A stretch of DNA of 64,000 bases from an uncultured Chloroflexia bacterium (GCA_963749705.1 CAVVNQ010000003.1:352001-416000); one strand, 5' to 3'. Positions 39,999 through 50,199 are shown, counted from the stretch's first letter. Made by a program: numbers and translations. The notes: a model not told the origin generated them from the sequence alone.

Positions 39999-41213
39999 TC
40001 AGAGCTCGAGCAGGCGGACCACGTGCGGCACGTTCGGCACCGGTGCCTTGCCGTCCTTGATCGTGACCTTCGTCCCCGTCGGCACCACCTGCACGAACGT
40101 CTGACCGGCGGTCAGCGTCACCTGCTTGCCGTCGGGGCCATAGAACAGGGTCGGCGCCGTCGTCGACTTCTTGCGCCAGGTGCCCTTGATCGTCCGCCCG
40201 TTGGTCGCGATCCACGCGGTCCCGCTGCCGATCTGCTGTGCCTCGAGGCGGTGCTTCGTGGAGCCGTCGTTGAGCGGTCCGAACCGCACGACCATGATCA
40301 CGACATTGGTCGGTGCCACCCGCACGTCGGCCCCCGCATCGAACTGCTTGCCCTCGCCGGTCACGGTCCTGGGGTAGGTGTTGCTCTGGCGGTCGTACTG
40401 GTAGGTGATCCTGTTGGCGAGGTACGGGACGACGATCGTGCCGCCCGTCGGTCGATGGACCAGGTTGAGCGCGGGCCCGAACCTCCACATCGGTGCCTGG
40501 TCGGGGACGGGCTTGGCGCCGACCACCTTGATCAGGGCCCGCAGGTGCGCGCCGTCGGTGTACACGTTGTGCGGGGCGCGACGCTCCTTGATCCGCCACA
40601 GGTACTTGCCGCCGTAGCGGAACTCGTCGGCGTCATACACCAGCCCGCCACGACCCTTGGACGAATGGAGCACGCCCAGCGCCTGCGGCGATCCGCCGAC
40701 GTGGACGTAGACGGCGTTCCATTCCGATGCCCACACGATGAAGTAGTAGCGCGAGCTGCGGACCGGGCCGACCGCGGCCGGGTCACCGTCCTGGAACAGC
40801 ATCATGTAGCGCGGGATACCACCCTCGGCGGGCGCCTGCCATACGATGCCGGCGTCCGCGAACCCCGATTGCGGCCGGGCGTCCGCCTGATCGTCGACCA
40901 TGACCGCGACCACGTGGCGCGAGGCGACGGACTCGGTGACCGGAAGACCGGTCAGGGGATCGGGGACGAGGACCGGGGTTGGCGACGGTGTGGGCGTCGG
41001 GAGCGGCGTCGCCGTCGGCTCCGCGGTGGGCGTGGGCGTCGGTTGCGGCGCGGTCGGTGAGGGGCTCGCGGATGGCGAGGGGCTCGCGGTCGGCGATGCC
41101 AGCGCAATCCCCGATGGAGCCGGGGCGGCGAGCAGCCCGCCGGCAACGGCGCCGACGAGAACACCGATCGCGAGGGTGGCGGCGACGAGGACGGTGGCCG
41201 CGGTGCGCGTCAC
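39999..41213 (-). CDS. DUF3048 (YerB-like) exported protein
   Basis: TM helix and PT-rich linker; DPLTG, AVMVDD, ARPQSG, AEGGIPR, GPVRSSR and RAPHNVY. Confidence 0.85.
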   Translation of the reverse strand: MTRTAATVLVAATLAIGVLVGAVAGGLLAAPAPSGIALASPTASPSPSASPSPTAPQPTPTPTAEPTATPLPTPTPSPTPVLVPDPLTGLPVTESVASRHVVAVMVDDQADARPQSGFADAGIVWQAPAEGGIPRYMMLFQDGDPAAVGPVRSSRYYFIVWASEWNAVYVHVGGSPQALGVLHSSKGRGGLVYDADEFRYGGKYLWRIKERRAPHNVYTDGAHLRALIKVVGAKPVPDQAPMWRFGPALNLVHRPTGGTIVVPYLANRITYQYDRQSNTYPRTVTGEGKQFDAGADVRVAPTNVVIMVVRFGPLNDGSTKHRLEAQQIGSGTAWIATNGRTIKGTWRKKSTTAPTLFYGPDGKQVTLTAGQTFVQVVPTGTKVTIKDGKAPVPNVPHVVRLLEL

Positions 41214-41428
41214 GTTACGATCCAGGGCGCGGTACGCCCGATGTCCATGCTGCTGCCCCTCTGCAACGCCAGCGATCGGCGCTCGGCTCCCACCCGGCCC
41301 GGCCGCGGGGATCCGCGGGCAGGATAGCCGGAAAAGCCGAAAACGAGGCATTCGGACCGTGGGCGTGCGCGACGGCATGCGGTAGGCTCGACCCACACCC
41401 AGCTGCCAGATCATGTCGAGGCATTCCG

Positions 41429-42031
41429 ATGACCGAGCCCACGCCCGCCGCTCCCAAGCGTCCGCGCCGGCGGGCCGCTGCCAGGCCCGCGGCCGACGCC
41501 AGCCCTGCGACCGGGGCAAATGCCGCTGCCAAGGACGCGCCCGCGCCCGGACCCGCCGACCTGGCGGCCGCGCCCGAAACCGGGGCGCCCGTGCGCGCGA
41601 CCGTGATCCGGGTCGAGCGCGGCGGGATCTCCGAGGCAACCGCCGGTGCCGTCGACGTCCGCATGGGCGGGATCGGCCGGCTCGACGCCGAGGAGGTCTT
41701 CGTCCAGTGGGGCGGCATCGGCGCCGCCCGCGCGGATCGAGCCTCCGTCGAGCTCGGCAGCCTGGGCGCCGCGCTCGCCGGCGAGCTCCGCGTGACCCAG
41801 GGGATCGCCGGGACCGTCGCCGCCCGCGACGCCACGATCGACCAGAGCCTGGTCCGCACCCTGATCGCACAGCGGGTGACCATCACGCGACCCACGGGCG
41901 TGCTGGTCATGATCGCCCAGCACGTGTCGGGCGACGTCCGGCCCCTGCTCGACTGGCGGGGCGCACTTGCTGCCGGCGCCGCGTTCGGGCTCGTGAGCTC
42001 GGTGATCCGCGCCGTGCGCCGGCGGGGCTGA
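41429..42031 (+). CDS. hypothetical protein with 15-aa beta-solenoid-like repeats and a C-terminal hydrophobic helix
   Basis: GAGG RBS; six VxxGGIG-type units spaced 45 bp apart. Confidence 0.75.
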   Translation: MTEPTPAAPKRPRRRAAARPAADASPATGANAAAKDAPAPGPADLAAAPETGAPVRATVIRVERGGISEATAGAVDVRMGGIGRLDAEEVFVQWGGIGAARADRASVELGSLGAALAGELRVTQGIAGTVAARDATIDQSLVRTLIAQRVTITRPTGVLVMIAQHVSGDVRPLLDWRGALAAGAAFGLVSSVIRAVRRRG

Positions 42032-42151
42032 CCGGGTCGACGGCTATACTCAGCGCGGTCCCGGGAGCGCGGCAGATGGCTGCGGTGGCCCGGTCCCCCG
42101 GCTCCGCGGCGCTCGCGTGAGCCACGACCTGGCAGGGAGCCCACCGAACCC

Positions 42152-42793
42152 GTGATCGACGCGACCGCGCGCATCCACCCGACCTCGGATCTCGAACCAG
42201 ACGTTGCCATCGGGCCGCGCACGAGCGTCTGGCACCGGGCGCAGATTCGCGTCGGCGCGCGCATCGGGGCGGAGTGCATCATCGGCCGCGATGCGTTCAT
42301 CGACGAGGGCGTCTCGATCGGTGACCGGGTCAAGATCCAGAACGCGGCGCTCGTCTACCACGGCGTCACGGTCGAGGACGGCGTGTTCATCGGCCCCAAC
42401 GCGATCCTCACCAACGACCGCTTCCCGCGCGCGATCACGGCCACCGGGGAGCTCGCCCGTGCGGACGACTGGGAGGTCAGCCCGATCGTCCTGCGCACCG
42501 GCGCCGCGATCGGGGCGGGCGCCGTCGTGGTTGCCGGCACGGCCGTCGGCCGGTTCGCGACCGTCGGCGCCGGGTCGGTCGTGACGCGTGACGTCCCCGA
42601 CCACGCCCTCGTGGCCGGCAACCCGGCGCGCAGGCTCGGCTGGGTCTGCTTCTGCGGACAGCGCCTCGTCGCCGCGAATGGCACTCGAATCAACGCAACC
42701 CATGACGGACCGGCTTCGTGCCCACGGTGCGGCACCCGGTTCGTGATCCGCGGCGACGCGTGCGCCGCCACCGAGATGGAGAAGTCCGGATGA
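42152..42793 (+). CDS. hexapeptide-repeat N-acetyltransferase (WbpD/WlbB-like)
   Basis: VWH, KIQN, VFIGPNAILTND-PR, AGNPARRLGWVC and a C-terminal CPRC. Confidence 0.88.
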   Translation: MIDATARIHPTSDLEPDVAIGPRTSVWHRAQIRVGARIGAECIIGRDAFIDEGVSIGDRVKIQNAALVYHGVTVEDGVFIGPNAILTNDRFPRAITATGELARADDWEVSPIVLRTGAAIGAGAVVVAGTAVGRFATVGAGSVVTRDVPDHALVAGNPARRLGWVCFCGQRLVAANGTRINATHDGPASCPRCGTRFVIRGDACAATEMEKSG

Positions 42794-43884
42794 TTCCGAT
42801 CTCAAGGCCCGACATCGGCAAGGCCGAAGAGGACGCCGTCCTCGAGGTCCTCCGTTCAGGCATGCTCGCCATGGGCCGGAAGACCGCCGCCTTCGAGGAG
42901 GCCTGGGCCGCGTACTGCGGCGTCGGGCACGCGATCCTGATGAGCAACGGCACGGTCACCCAGGAGGCGATCCTCCACGCGCTGGGCATCGGGCCGGGCG
43001 ACGAGGTCATCACCGTCTCGTTCAGCTTCAACGCCACCGTCAGCGTGATCCTGCGTACCGGCGCCACGCCGGTCTTCGTGGACATCCGCGAGGACGACTT
43101 CTGCATGGATCCGGCCCAGGTCGAGGCGGCCATCACGCCCCGGACCAAGGCGATCATGCCCGTCCACCTGTATGGCCTCATGGCCGACATGGATCCGCTG
43201 GTCGACATCGCCAAGCGCCACGGGCTGCCGATCGTCGAGGACGCCGCGCAGGCGCACGGGGCCACGTACCACGGGTTGCGGGCGGGTCGGTTCGGCCCGG
43301 CGATGTTCAGCCTGTACGCGACCAAGAACCTGATGACCGGGGAGGGCGGCTTTGCCACCACGGACGACGACGACCTCGCCGACCGGATCCGGCTGTTCCG
43401 CAACCACGGGATGCGCGTCCGCTACTACCACGAGTCGCTGGGCACGAACTACAAGCCGAGCGACCTCGCGGCCGCCATCGGCCTGGCGCAGCTCACCCGA
43501 CTCGACGAGCGCACCGAGCAGCGCCGCCGGAACGCGGCGTTCCTCACCGAGCATCTCGGCGCCGACTTCCTGACCCCGGCCGTGCCGGCTGGGCGGGAGC
43601 ACGTCTGGCACCAGTACGTGATGCGGTTCCCGGGCGAGCGCCAGCAGGTGATCGACGGGTTGACCGAACGGGGGATCGGCACCCTCATCTACTACCCGGT
43701 CCCCATCCACCGGCAGGCGTACCTCCAGGCGTATGTCCCGGGCGCGGCGGAGCTCGACCTGCCGGTGACCACGAAGCTGTCCGACGAGGTCCTCGCGATC
43801 CCCGTCCACCCGAGGCTGTCGGACGAGGACCTGGTCGCGATCGTGGACGCGGTTCGCGCCGTGGCCACGCCGGTGCACCGATGA
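42790..43884 (+). CDS. DegT/DnrJ sugar aminotransferase (WbpE/WlbC-like)
   Basis: SNGT, PVHLYG, EDAAQAHG and SLYATKNLMTGEGG. Confidence 0.92.
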   Translation: MIPISRPDIGKAEEDAVLEVLRSGMLAMGRKTAAFEEAWAAYCGVGHAILMSNGTVTQEAILHALGIGPGDEVITVSFSFNATVSVILRTGATPVFVDIREDDFCMDPAQVEAAITPRTKAIMPVHLYGLMADMDPLVDIAKRHGLPIVEDAAQAHGATYHGLRAGRFGPAMFSLYATKNLMTGEGGFATTDDDDLADRIRLFRNHGMRVRYYHESLGTNYKPSDLAAAIGLAQLTRLDERTEQRRRNAAFLTEHLGADFLTPAVPAGREHVWHQYVMRFPGERQQVIDGLTERGIGTLIYYPVPIHRQAYLQAYVPGAAELDLPVTTKLSDEVLAIPVHPRLSDEDLVAIVDAVRAVATPVHR

Positions 43885-44915
43885 GCGCCGACGGGCGGCT
43901 GCGGGTCGGGCTGGTCGGGCTGGGCTCGATGGGCCGGAACCACCTCCGGGTGATCGGCGCGAACCCAGCCACGACGCTCGCGGCCATCGCGGATCCGGAG
44001 CCGGACGCGCTCGCGGCCGCCACGGCCTCGAGCGGGGCAGACGGCTGGTCCGACCCGGTCGCGATGATCGGGGAGGGCGGGCTCGACGCCGTCGTCATCG
44101 CCGCCCCGACGACCGCCCATATGCCGCTTGCCCTGGCCGCGATCGAGCGCGGCGTGCCCGTCCTCGTCGAGAAGCCGCTGGCGGCGACCAACGACGAGGC
44201 CGCCCGGATCGTGGATGCGGGCCGTGCCGCCGGCGTGCCGGTGCAGGTCGGCCACGTCGAGCGCTACAACCCAGCGGTGCTCAAGCTCGGTGAGCTCCTC
44301 CGCGAGGGCTGGCTGACCACGATCTTCGCGATCGCCAGCCGTCGAGCCGGGCCGTTCCCGGCCCGGATCCGCGATGTCGGCGTGACCGTCGACCTCGCCA
44401 CCCACGATGCCGACATGCTGTCGTGGATCGCGGGCGAGCGCCCCACGCGCGTGTACGCCGAGCTTGCCCAGCGAAAGCACGCCTCGCACGAGGACCTCCT
44501 GTTCGGCCTGCTCCACTTCCCGTCGGGCGCCTCGGGCATGCTCGACGTCAACTGGCTCACGCCCGCCAAGCGGCGCCAGCTGACCGTCATCGGCGACGAA
44601 GGGATGTTCGAGCTCGACTACCTGACCCAGCGGCTGACGTTCACGAAGTCCGACCTCGCGCATCCGCAGCTGATCGCCGGGTATGCGCCGACGTTCACCG
44701 GCGACGTGCTGGAGATCGCGGTGGAGACACACGAGCCGCTGCAGGCCCAGCTCGACGCGTTCGTCCGGGCGATCCGCGATGGTTCGCGTCCATACGTGGA
44801 CGGCGAGGACGGTGCATGGGCGGTCCGGATCGCCAACGCGCTGCTCGAGGCGGCGTCATCGGCTCGCCCCGTGTCCCTGGCGGACGCGCACGACGCGATG
44901 GAGACGCCGGCATGA
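43881..44915 (+). CDS. Gfo/Idh/MocA oxidoreductase (WbpB/WlbA-like)
   Basis: GLGSMGRNH, VEKP, VGHVERYNP and DLATHD. Confidence 0.9.
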   Translation: MSADGRLRVGLVGLGSMGRNHLRVIGANPATTLAAIADPEPDALAAATASSGADGWSDPVAMIGEGGLDAVVIAAPTTAHMPLALAAIERGVPVLVEKPLAATNDEAARIVDAGRAAGVPVQVGHVERYNPAVLKLGELLREGWLTTIFAIASRRAGPFPARIRDVGVTVDLATHDADMLSWIAGERPTRVYAELAQRKHASHEDLLFGLLHFPSGASGMLDVNWLTPAKRRQLTVIGDEGMFELDYLTQRLTFTKSDLAHPQLIAGYAPTFTGDVLEIAVETHEPLQAQLDAFVRAIRDGSRPYVDGEDGAWAVRIANALLEAASSARPVSLADAHDAMETPA

Positions 44916-46333
44916 CGATCGTTCGTCGGCCGTCCGTGGGCGCCTCGATGCTCGGCGGCTCGATCGCCGTTGCGGCGCGGCCGTGCAACCACGGCCCCGC
45001 CCGGCCTGCCAGCCCCTGGACCGGCGAGGACGGCACTGCGGGCACGGTCGCCGTCGTCGGCGCGGGCAAGATGGGCCTGCCGCTCGCGGCGCAGTTCGCC
45101 ACCCATGGCTGGACCGTGATCGCGGTGGACGTCAACCCCGCGGTCGTCGATACGATCAACGCCGGCCGCTCGCACGTGGGCGAGGAGCCCGGCCTCAGCG
45201 AGATGGTGGCCGCCGTGCATGCGCAGGGCCGGCTGCGCGCCACCCTGGATGCGGCCGCGGCAGCGCGCGAGGCGGACGTCGTCGTGCTGATCGTGCCGGT
45301 GATGCTGGACGAGGCACACCAGCCGGACTATCGCTACATGGATCCCGCGGTCGCATCGATCGCGCCGGGGATCCACGCCGGCAGCACCGTGATCTTCGAG
45401 ACGACGCTGCCGATCGGCGACACGCGAAACCGGTTCGCCCCGCTGCTCGAGCAGGTGTCGGGGCTCATCCCTGACCGGGACTTCTTCGTCGCGTTCTCCC
45501 CCGAGCGGCTGTTCTCGGGCGCCGTCCTGGCCAACCTCGCGAGCTACCCCAAGCTGGTCGGCGGGATCGGTCCCGCCTCGACCGACCGCGCCGCGCGGTT
45601 CTATGCGTCCGTGCTCGACGCCGAGGTCGTGGCCATGTCCTCGTCCGAGGCGGCAGAGTTCAGCAAGCTTGCCGACACGACGTACCGCGACGTCAACATC
45701 GCGCTGGCCAACGAGTTCGCGCACGCGGCGGACGCGCTGGGCATCGACGTCCAGGAGGTCATCGCCGCCGCGAACAGCCAGCCGTACAGCCACATCCACC
45801 AGCCGGGCATCGGCGTCGGCGGGCACTGCATCCCCGTCTACCCGCACCTGCTGCTGTCGCGCGCGCCGGGCCTGCGTCTGGTCGAGACGGCTCGCGAGGT
45901 CAACGACGGCCAGGCGGACCGCGCGCTGGAGGCGGTTCGCGCCGCGCTCGGCGGGCTCGAGGGGGCTCCCGTGCTCGTGCTCGGCCTGACCTATCGCGAG
46001 GGCGTCAAGGAGCTGGCGTACAGTCGGGCGATCCCGCTGATCGACGCGCTCGCCGCGGCCGGCGCCGACGTGCTGGCCTACGACCCGCTGATGGACGAGG
46101 CCGAGATCGAGGCGCTCGGTGCCAGGTACTGGGCGTGGGGGTCGACCGCGCCGATCCGCGCGCTGATCACGCAGACGGGCGACCGCGTGTTCTCGACGCT
46201 GGACGCGAGCTGGTTCCCCGACCTCGCGATCGTGTACGACGGCCGCAACAGCCTGCGCTCGCTGGCCCTGCCCGATGACGTCGCCTACGTGGGCGTCGGC
46301 GTCCAGGCGGGGACCCGCAGCCGGCCTGCCTGA
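44912..46333 (+). CDS. UDP-N-acetylhexosamine 6-dehydrogenase (WbpA/WecC family)
   Basis: GAGKMGLP, FSPER, YRDVNIALANE and GVGGHCIP. Confidence 0.9.
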   Translation: MTIVRRPSVGASMLGGSIAVAARPCNHGPARPASPWTGEDGTAGTVAVVGAGKMGLPLAAQFATHGWTVIAVDVNPAVVDTINAGRSHVGEEPGLSEMVAAVHAQGRLRATLDAAAAAREADVVVLIVPVMLDEAHQPDYRYMDPAVASIAPGIHAGSTVIFETTLPIGDTRNRFAPLLEQVSGLIPDRDFFVAFSPERLFSGAVLANLASYPKLVGGIGPASTDRAARFYASVLDAEVVAMSSSEAAEFSKLADTTYRDVNIALANEFAHAADALGIDVQEVIAAANSQPYSHIHQPGIGVGGHCIPVYPHLLLSRAPGLRLVETAREVNDGQADRALEAVRAALGGLEGAPVLVLGLTYREGVKELAYSRAIPLIDALAAAGADVLAYDPLMDEAEIEALGARYWAWGSTAPIRALITQTGDRVFSTLDASWFPDLAIVYDGRNSLRSLALPDDVAYVGVGVQAGTRSRPA

Positions 46334-46354
46334 GCCCGGTTCGAGCAGGCGCGG

Positions 46355-47488
46355 GTGCGGATCGTCAGCGTCGTCGGGACCAGGCCGCAGCTGATCAAGG
46401 CAGCGGCGCTGCTGCCCGTGCTCCGGCAGCGGCACGACGAGGTGTTCGTCGACACCGGCCAGCACTACGACGAGGCGATGGCCGGAGCATTCTTCGCCGA
46501 GCTCGGACTGCCGGCCCCGGACCACTCGCTGGGCGTCGGTGGCGGCACCCACGCGGAGCAGACCGCCCGGATGCTGGAGCGCCTGGAGCCGGTGCTGGTC
46601 GCAGAGCGACCCGATGCCGTGCTGGTCTACGGCGACACGAACTCGACGCTTGCGGGAGCCCTGGCGGCGGCGAAGCTGGGGATCCCCGTCGCGCACGTCG
46701 AGGCCGGGCTGCGCTCGTTCGACCGGAGCATGCCCGAGGAGATCAACCGCGTCATCGCCGACCATCTCAGCCACTGGCTGTTCGCGCCGACCCCGGCCGC
46801 GGTCGCCAACCTGGCCCGCGAGGGCATCCGCGAGGGTGTCGTCCGGGTCGGCGACCTGATGCAGGACCTGGCGGCACGGGTGGTGAGGGAGATCCGCGGT
46901 CAGGATGCGCTGCGATCGGTCGGGGACCGACTGCGCGTTCCGCTGGAGGCCGGTCGCTACCTGTTCGCGACGATCCATCGGGCCGAGAACCGGGAGCCGG
47001 CGGCGATGCATGCCTGGGCGGCCATGCTGTCGGACGCCGCCACTCCGGAACGGCCGGTGGTCCTCGCCCTGCACCCGGGCACCCGCATCGCCCTCGACGA
47101 CGCCGGCATCCGGCTGGCCCCGGACGTGCGGGCCGTGGCGCCGCAGGGGTATCGGACCACGCTGACGTTGCAGCTGCACGCCGCGGCCGTGCTCACCAAT
47201 TCGGGTGGCGTCCAGCGTGAGGCCGCCTGGCTCGATACGCCGTGCCTCATCCTGCGGGACCGAACCGAGTGGGTCGAGGCGGTGGAGCAGTCGAAGGGGC
47301 GAATGGTCGTGGTCGGGCTCGATCGGCAGCGCGCGGCAGTCGAGCTTGCCCGCCTGGCGCCGCCGGCCGATCCCGCGACAGCCCGGAACCGAGCGCGCGA
47401 GCGAGCCCGCACCGTCGACCTGCAGCCGGCAGGGGCTGGCGAGGCGATCAGCCTTGCGATCGACACCGCCAGGTCGACCGGGGGCTGA
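46355..47488 (+). CDS. wecB: non-hydrolysing UDP-GlcNAc-type 2-epimerase (WecB/WbpI)
   Basis: VVGTRPQLIK, TGQHYD, GDTNST, HVEAGLRS, MPEEINR and SGGVQREA. Confidence 0.93.
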   Translation: MRIVSVVGTRPQLIKAAALLPVLRQRHDEVFVDTGQHYDEAMAGAFFAELGLPAPDHSLGVGGGTHAEQTARMLERLEPVLVAERPDAVLVYGDTNSTLAGALAAAKLGIPVAHVEAGLRSFDRSMPEEINRVIADHLSHWLFAPTPAAVANLAREGIREGVVRVGDLMQDLAARVVREIRGQDALRSVGDRLRVPLEAGRYLFATIHRAENREPAAMHAWAAMLSDAATPERPVVLALHPGTRIALDDAGIRLAPDVRAVAPQGYRTTLTLQLHAAAVLTNSGGVQREAAWLDTPCLILRDRTEWVEAVEQSKGRMVVVGLDRQRAAVELARLAPPADPATARNRARERARTVDLQPAGAGEAISLAIDTARSTGG

Positions 47489-47491
47489 TCC

Positions 47492-48886
47492 GTGCGGATC
47501 GTCATGTTCGTGTTCAACGACGTGCGGACCGACGCCCGGGTGCTCCGCGAGGCCCGAAGCCTGGTCGAGCACGGGCACCGGGTGACCATCGTCGGCCGAC
47601 CGAGCGATCCGTCGGCCCGGATCGGGGAACGTGAGGACGCCGATGGCGTCGTGATCGAGCGCGTGCCGGTGCCCCAGTCCTGGCGGTTCTACTGGACGTG
47701 GCTCGCGTTCCCATGGCGGATGCGGGGATGGTGGACCGAACGGGTCGGGCGCGCGGTCCGCAGGCCACCGTCGGGCTGGCTCGAGGCGATCGCCCTTGCC
47801 GTCGCGGCTCTGGTCACCCTGCCCTGGATGATCCTTCGACTGCCGTTCTACCTCGCGCGCCGGCGTCGCGGCTCGGCGGTCGGCGGCTCCAACCTCGACT
47901 GGATCATCCGGTGGCGGTTCGTCGTCCTCGGCTGGGCGGCGCGCGCGGCGGCAGCCGCGCCGGACGCCGACGCGTACCACGGCCATGACCTCAGCGGGCT
48001 CGAGGCAGCGGCACGAGCGTGGGAGCGCCACGGCGGTCGCCTCGTCTACGACAGCCACGAGATCTTCCTCGAATCGGGCAGCAACGCCCGCCGGCCCCGC
48101 CTGCTCAAAGCGCCCCTCGCACGCTCCGAGCGTCGCTGGACGCGCCGGGCCATCGCGCTGGTCACGGTCAACGCGTCGCTCGCGGCCGAGCTGGGGCGGC
48201 GCCTCCGGCCACGTCACGTGGTCGTCGTCCACAACGCGCCGGAGCGCTGGGACCCGCCGTCACCGCGGCCCGACCTCATCCGTGCGGCGACCGGGATCCC
48301 GGAGCATGCCTCGATCGCCCTCTATCACGGAGCGTTCTCGCGCTATCGCGGGCTCGAGGAGCTGGCCCAGGCCATCCTCGAACCGGGGCTGGAGGGCGTC
48401 CACGCCGTCTATCTCGGCTATGGCTCGATGCGCCGGGCGCTCGATGGGATGGCCCACGACCCGAGGTACGGCGGTCGACTGCACGTCCTGGATGCCGTCG
48501 TTCCCTCGGAGCTCGCGTCCTGGGTGGCGTCGGCGGATGTCGGGGTCATGGCCATCCAGCCGTCCACCCTCAATCACCGGATGGCGACGCCGAACAAGCT
48601 GTTCGAGAGCCTCGCAGCCGGCACCCCCGTCGTCGTCAGCGACTTCCCCGAGATGCGCTCGATCGTGATCGAGGATCCCGCAGGTCCGCTGGGTGAGGTG
48701 TGCCGGCCCGACGATCCGGTGGACGTGGCCCGGGCGATCCGGGTGGTGCTCGATCGGCCTGCCGCGGACCGTGAAGCCCTTCGCGCGAGGTGCCTCGCCG
48801 CGGCACACGAGCGGTGGAACTGGTCGCGGGAGGTCGAACCGCTGGTGCAGCTGTACGACGACGCCGCCCGGGCCGACGGCCGATGA
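47492..48886 (+). CDS. GT4 glycosyltransferase
   Basis: DARVLREA, YDSHE and TPNKLFESLAAGTPVV. Confidence 0.9.
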   Translation: MRIVMFVFNDVRTDARVLREARSLVEHGHRVTIVGRPSDPSARIGEREDADGVVIERVPVPQSWRFYWTWLAFPWRMRGWWTERVGRAVRRPPSGWLEAIALAVAALVTLPWMILRLPFYLARRRRGSAVGGSNLDWIIRWRFVVLGWAARAAAAAPDADAYHGHDLSGLEAAARAWERHGGRLVYDSHEIFLESGSNARRPRLLKAPLARSERRWTRRAIALVTVNASLAAELGRRLRPRHVVVVHNAPERWDPPSPRPDLIRAATGIPEHASIALYHGAFSRYRGLEELAQAILEPGLEGVHAVYLGYGSMRRALDGMAHDPRYGGRLHVLDAVVPSELASWVASADVGVMAIQPSTLNHRMATPNKLFESLAAGTPVVVSDFPEMRSIVIEDPAGPLGEVCRPDDPVDVARAIRVVLDRPAADREALRARCLAAAHERWNWSREVEPLVQLYDDAARADGR

Positions 48887-50199
48887 CCTCGCAGACCCCG
48901 ATCGTGGCCCAGCGCCTGACCCTTGTCCTGCCGTCCACCGGCGCCCACGATTCGCGCACCTGGCGGATTGCCGGCTCCGTCGCGGCCCGCGGCCATGGCG
49001 TGACGGTGGTCGCTCGCCTCGGCGACGGCCTCCCGGCGGAGGAGGTCGTCAGCCCGGGCTATCGGATCCTCCGCGTGCCGGTCGACGCGGTGGACGGCTT
49101 GCCTGCGCCGTTGCGCCGGATCGCCCGCCGTGTCCGCGGCCGGCCGGCTCGCACCCCGCATGCGATCGGGTCGCCGGCCCGGATCGCCGGGACGCCGCGT
49201 GGCCGCCTCCGGCAAGCGGTCGCGGCCACGTGGCGGCTGCTCGCCATCGGCCTGACCATCCGGGCGCAGCAGCTGGCGACCCGCCGGGTCGCGCCCGCGG
49301 CCGACCTTGTCCACGCGATGGCGTACATGGGCATCCCGGTCGGGCTGGACCTGGGCCGACGGGACGGCATGCCGGTCATCTACGACGCTCGGGACATCTA
49401 CATCGATGCCCGCAACATTGCCCGCCTGCCCGCCCCGCTGCGACGCGTGTTCGCGCGCGTCGAGCGGCGCTGGGCTCGCCGCGCCGCTCGCGTGGTCACG
49501 GTCAACGAGCCGTACGCCGAGGTGCTCGCGGATCGATTCGGCACCGGGCGCCCGCTGGTCGTCATGAACTGTGCCCGTCGTGGCCAGCCGCCGCCAGTCC
49601 GTCGGCGACGGTTCCACGAACGGCTCGGCCTGCCGCCCGATCGTCGGGTCGTCCTGTACCACGGTGGCCTCTCGCCCGATCGCGGCATCGAGCAGCTGCT
49701 GTCGGCCATCGGCGAGATCCCCAACGCCACGCTCGTCCTGATGGGCTACGGCGACCTGGAGCGCTCGATCCGGACGACCAGCGAGGCCGCCGGCCTTGCC
49801 GATCGCGTCGCGGTGCTGCCGGCCGTACCGCCGAGCGAGCTCGTCGACTGGGTTTCGGCCGCCGACGTGGCGGCAATGCTCATCCAGCCGACCACGCTCA
49901 ATCACCGGCTGACGACGCCCAACAAGCTGTTCGAGGCCATCGCCGCTGATGTGCCCGTCGTCGCCTCCGACCTGCCGGGCATGGCGCCCATCGTGCAGGC
50001 CACGGGGTGCGGGGTCGTCGTCGACCCGACCGACCCGGCGCTGGTGGCCGCCGCCATCCGTTCGGTCCTCGACGCCTCGCCGGATCGGCGCGCGGCCTTC
50101 TCCGAGGGCCTGCGGCGCGCTCGCGAGGCGTATCAGTGGGAGCGCGAGGTCGAGCGCCTCATCGCGGAGTATGGCCGGCTGACAGGGCGACCCTGGTGA
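48883..50199 (+). CDS. GT4 glycosyltransferase
   Basis: DSRTWR, YDARD and TPNKLFEAIAADVPVV. Confidence 0.9.
   Translation: MTSQTPIVAQRLTLVLPSTGAHDSRTWRIAGSVAARGHGVTVVARLGDGLPAEEVVSPGYRILRVPVDAVDGLPAPLRRIARRVRGRPARTPHAIGSPARIAGTPRGRLRQAVAATWRLLAIGLTIRAQQLATRRVAPAADLVHAMAYMGIPVGLDLGRRDGMPVIYDARDIYIDARNIARLPAPLRRVFARVERRWARRAARVVTVNEPYAEVLADRFGTGRPLVVMNCARRGQPPPVRRRRFHERLGLPPDRRVVLYHGGLSPDRGIEQLLSAIGEIPNATLVLMGYGDLERSIRTTSEAAGLADRVAVLPAVPPSELVDWVSAADVAAMLIQPTTLNHRLTTPNKLFEAIAADVPVVASDLPGMAPIVQATGCGVVVDPTDPALVAAAIRSVLDASPDRRAAFSEGLRRAREAYQWEREVERLIAEYGRLTGRPW

Noticed and set aside
42052-42121. JUMPstart/ops element or riboswitch before the sugar pathway operon
   Set aside because: No GGCGGTAG ops sequence; only short GC helices that I cannot distinguish from chance
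44618-48232. 1204-aa antisense ORF, and similar long ORFs at 677-3619, 18092-20419 and 59018-62446
   Set aside because: Shadow ORFs opposite well-supported genes, expected at this GC content, with no recognisable motifs
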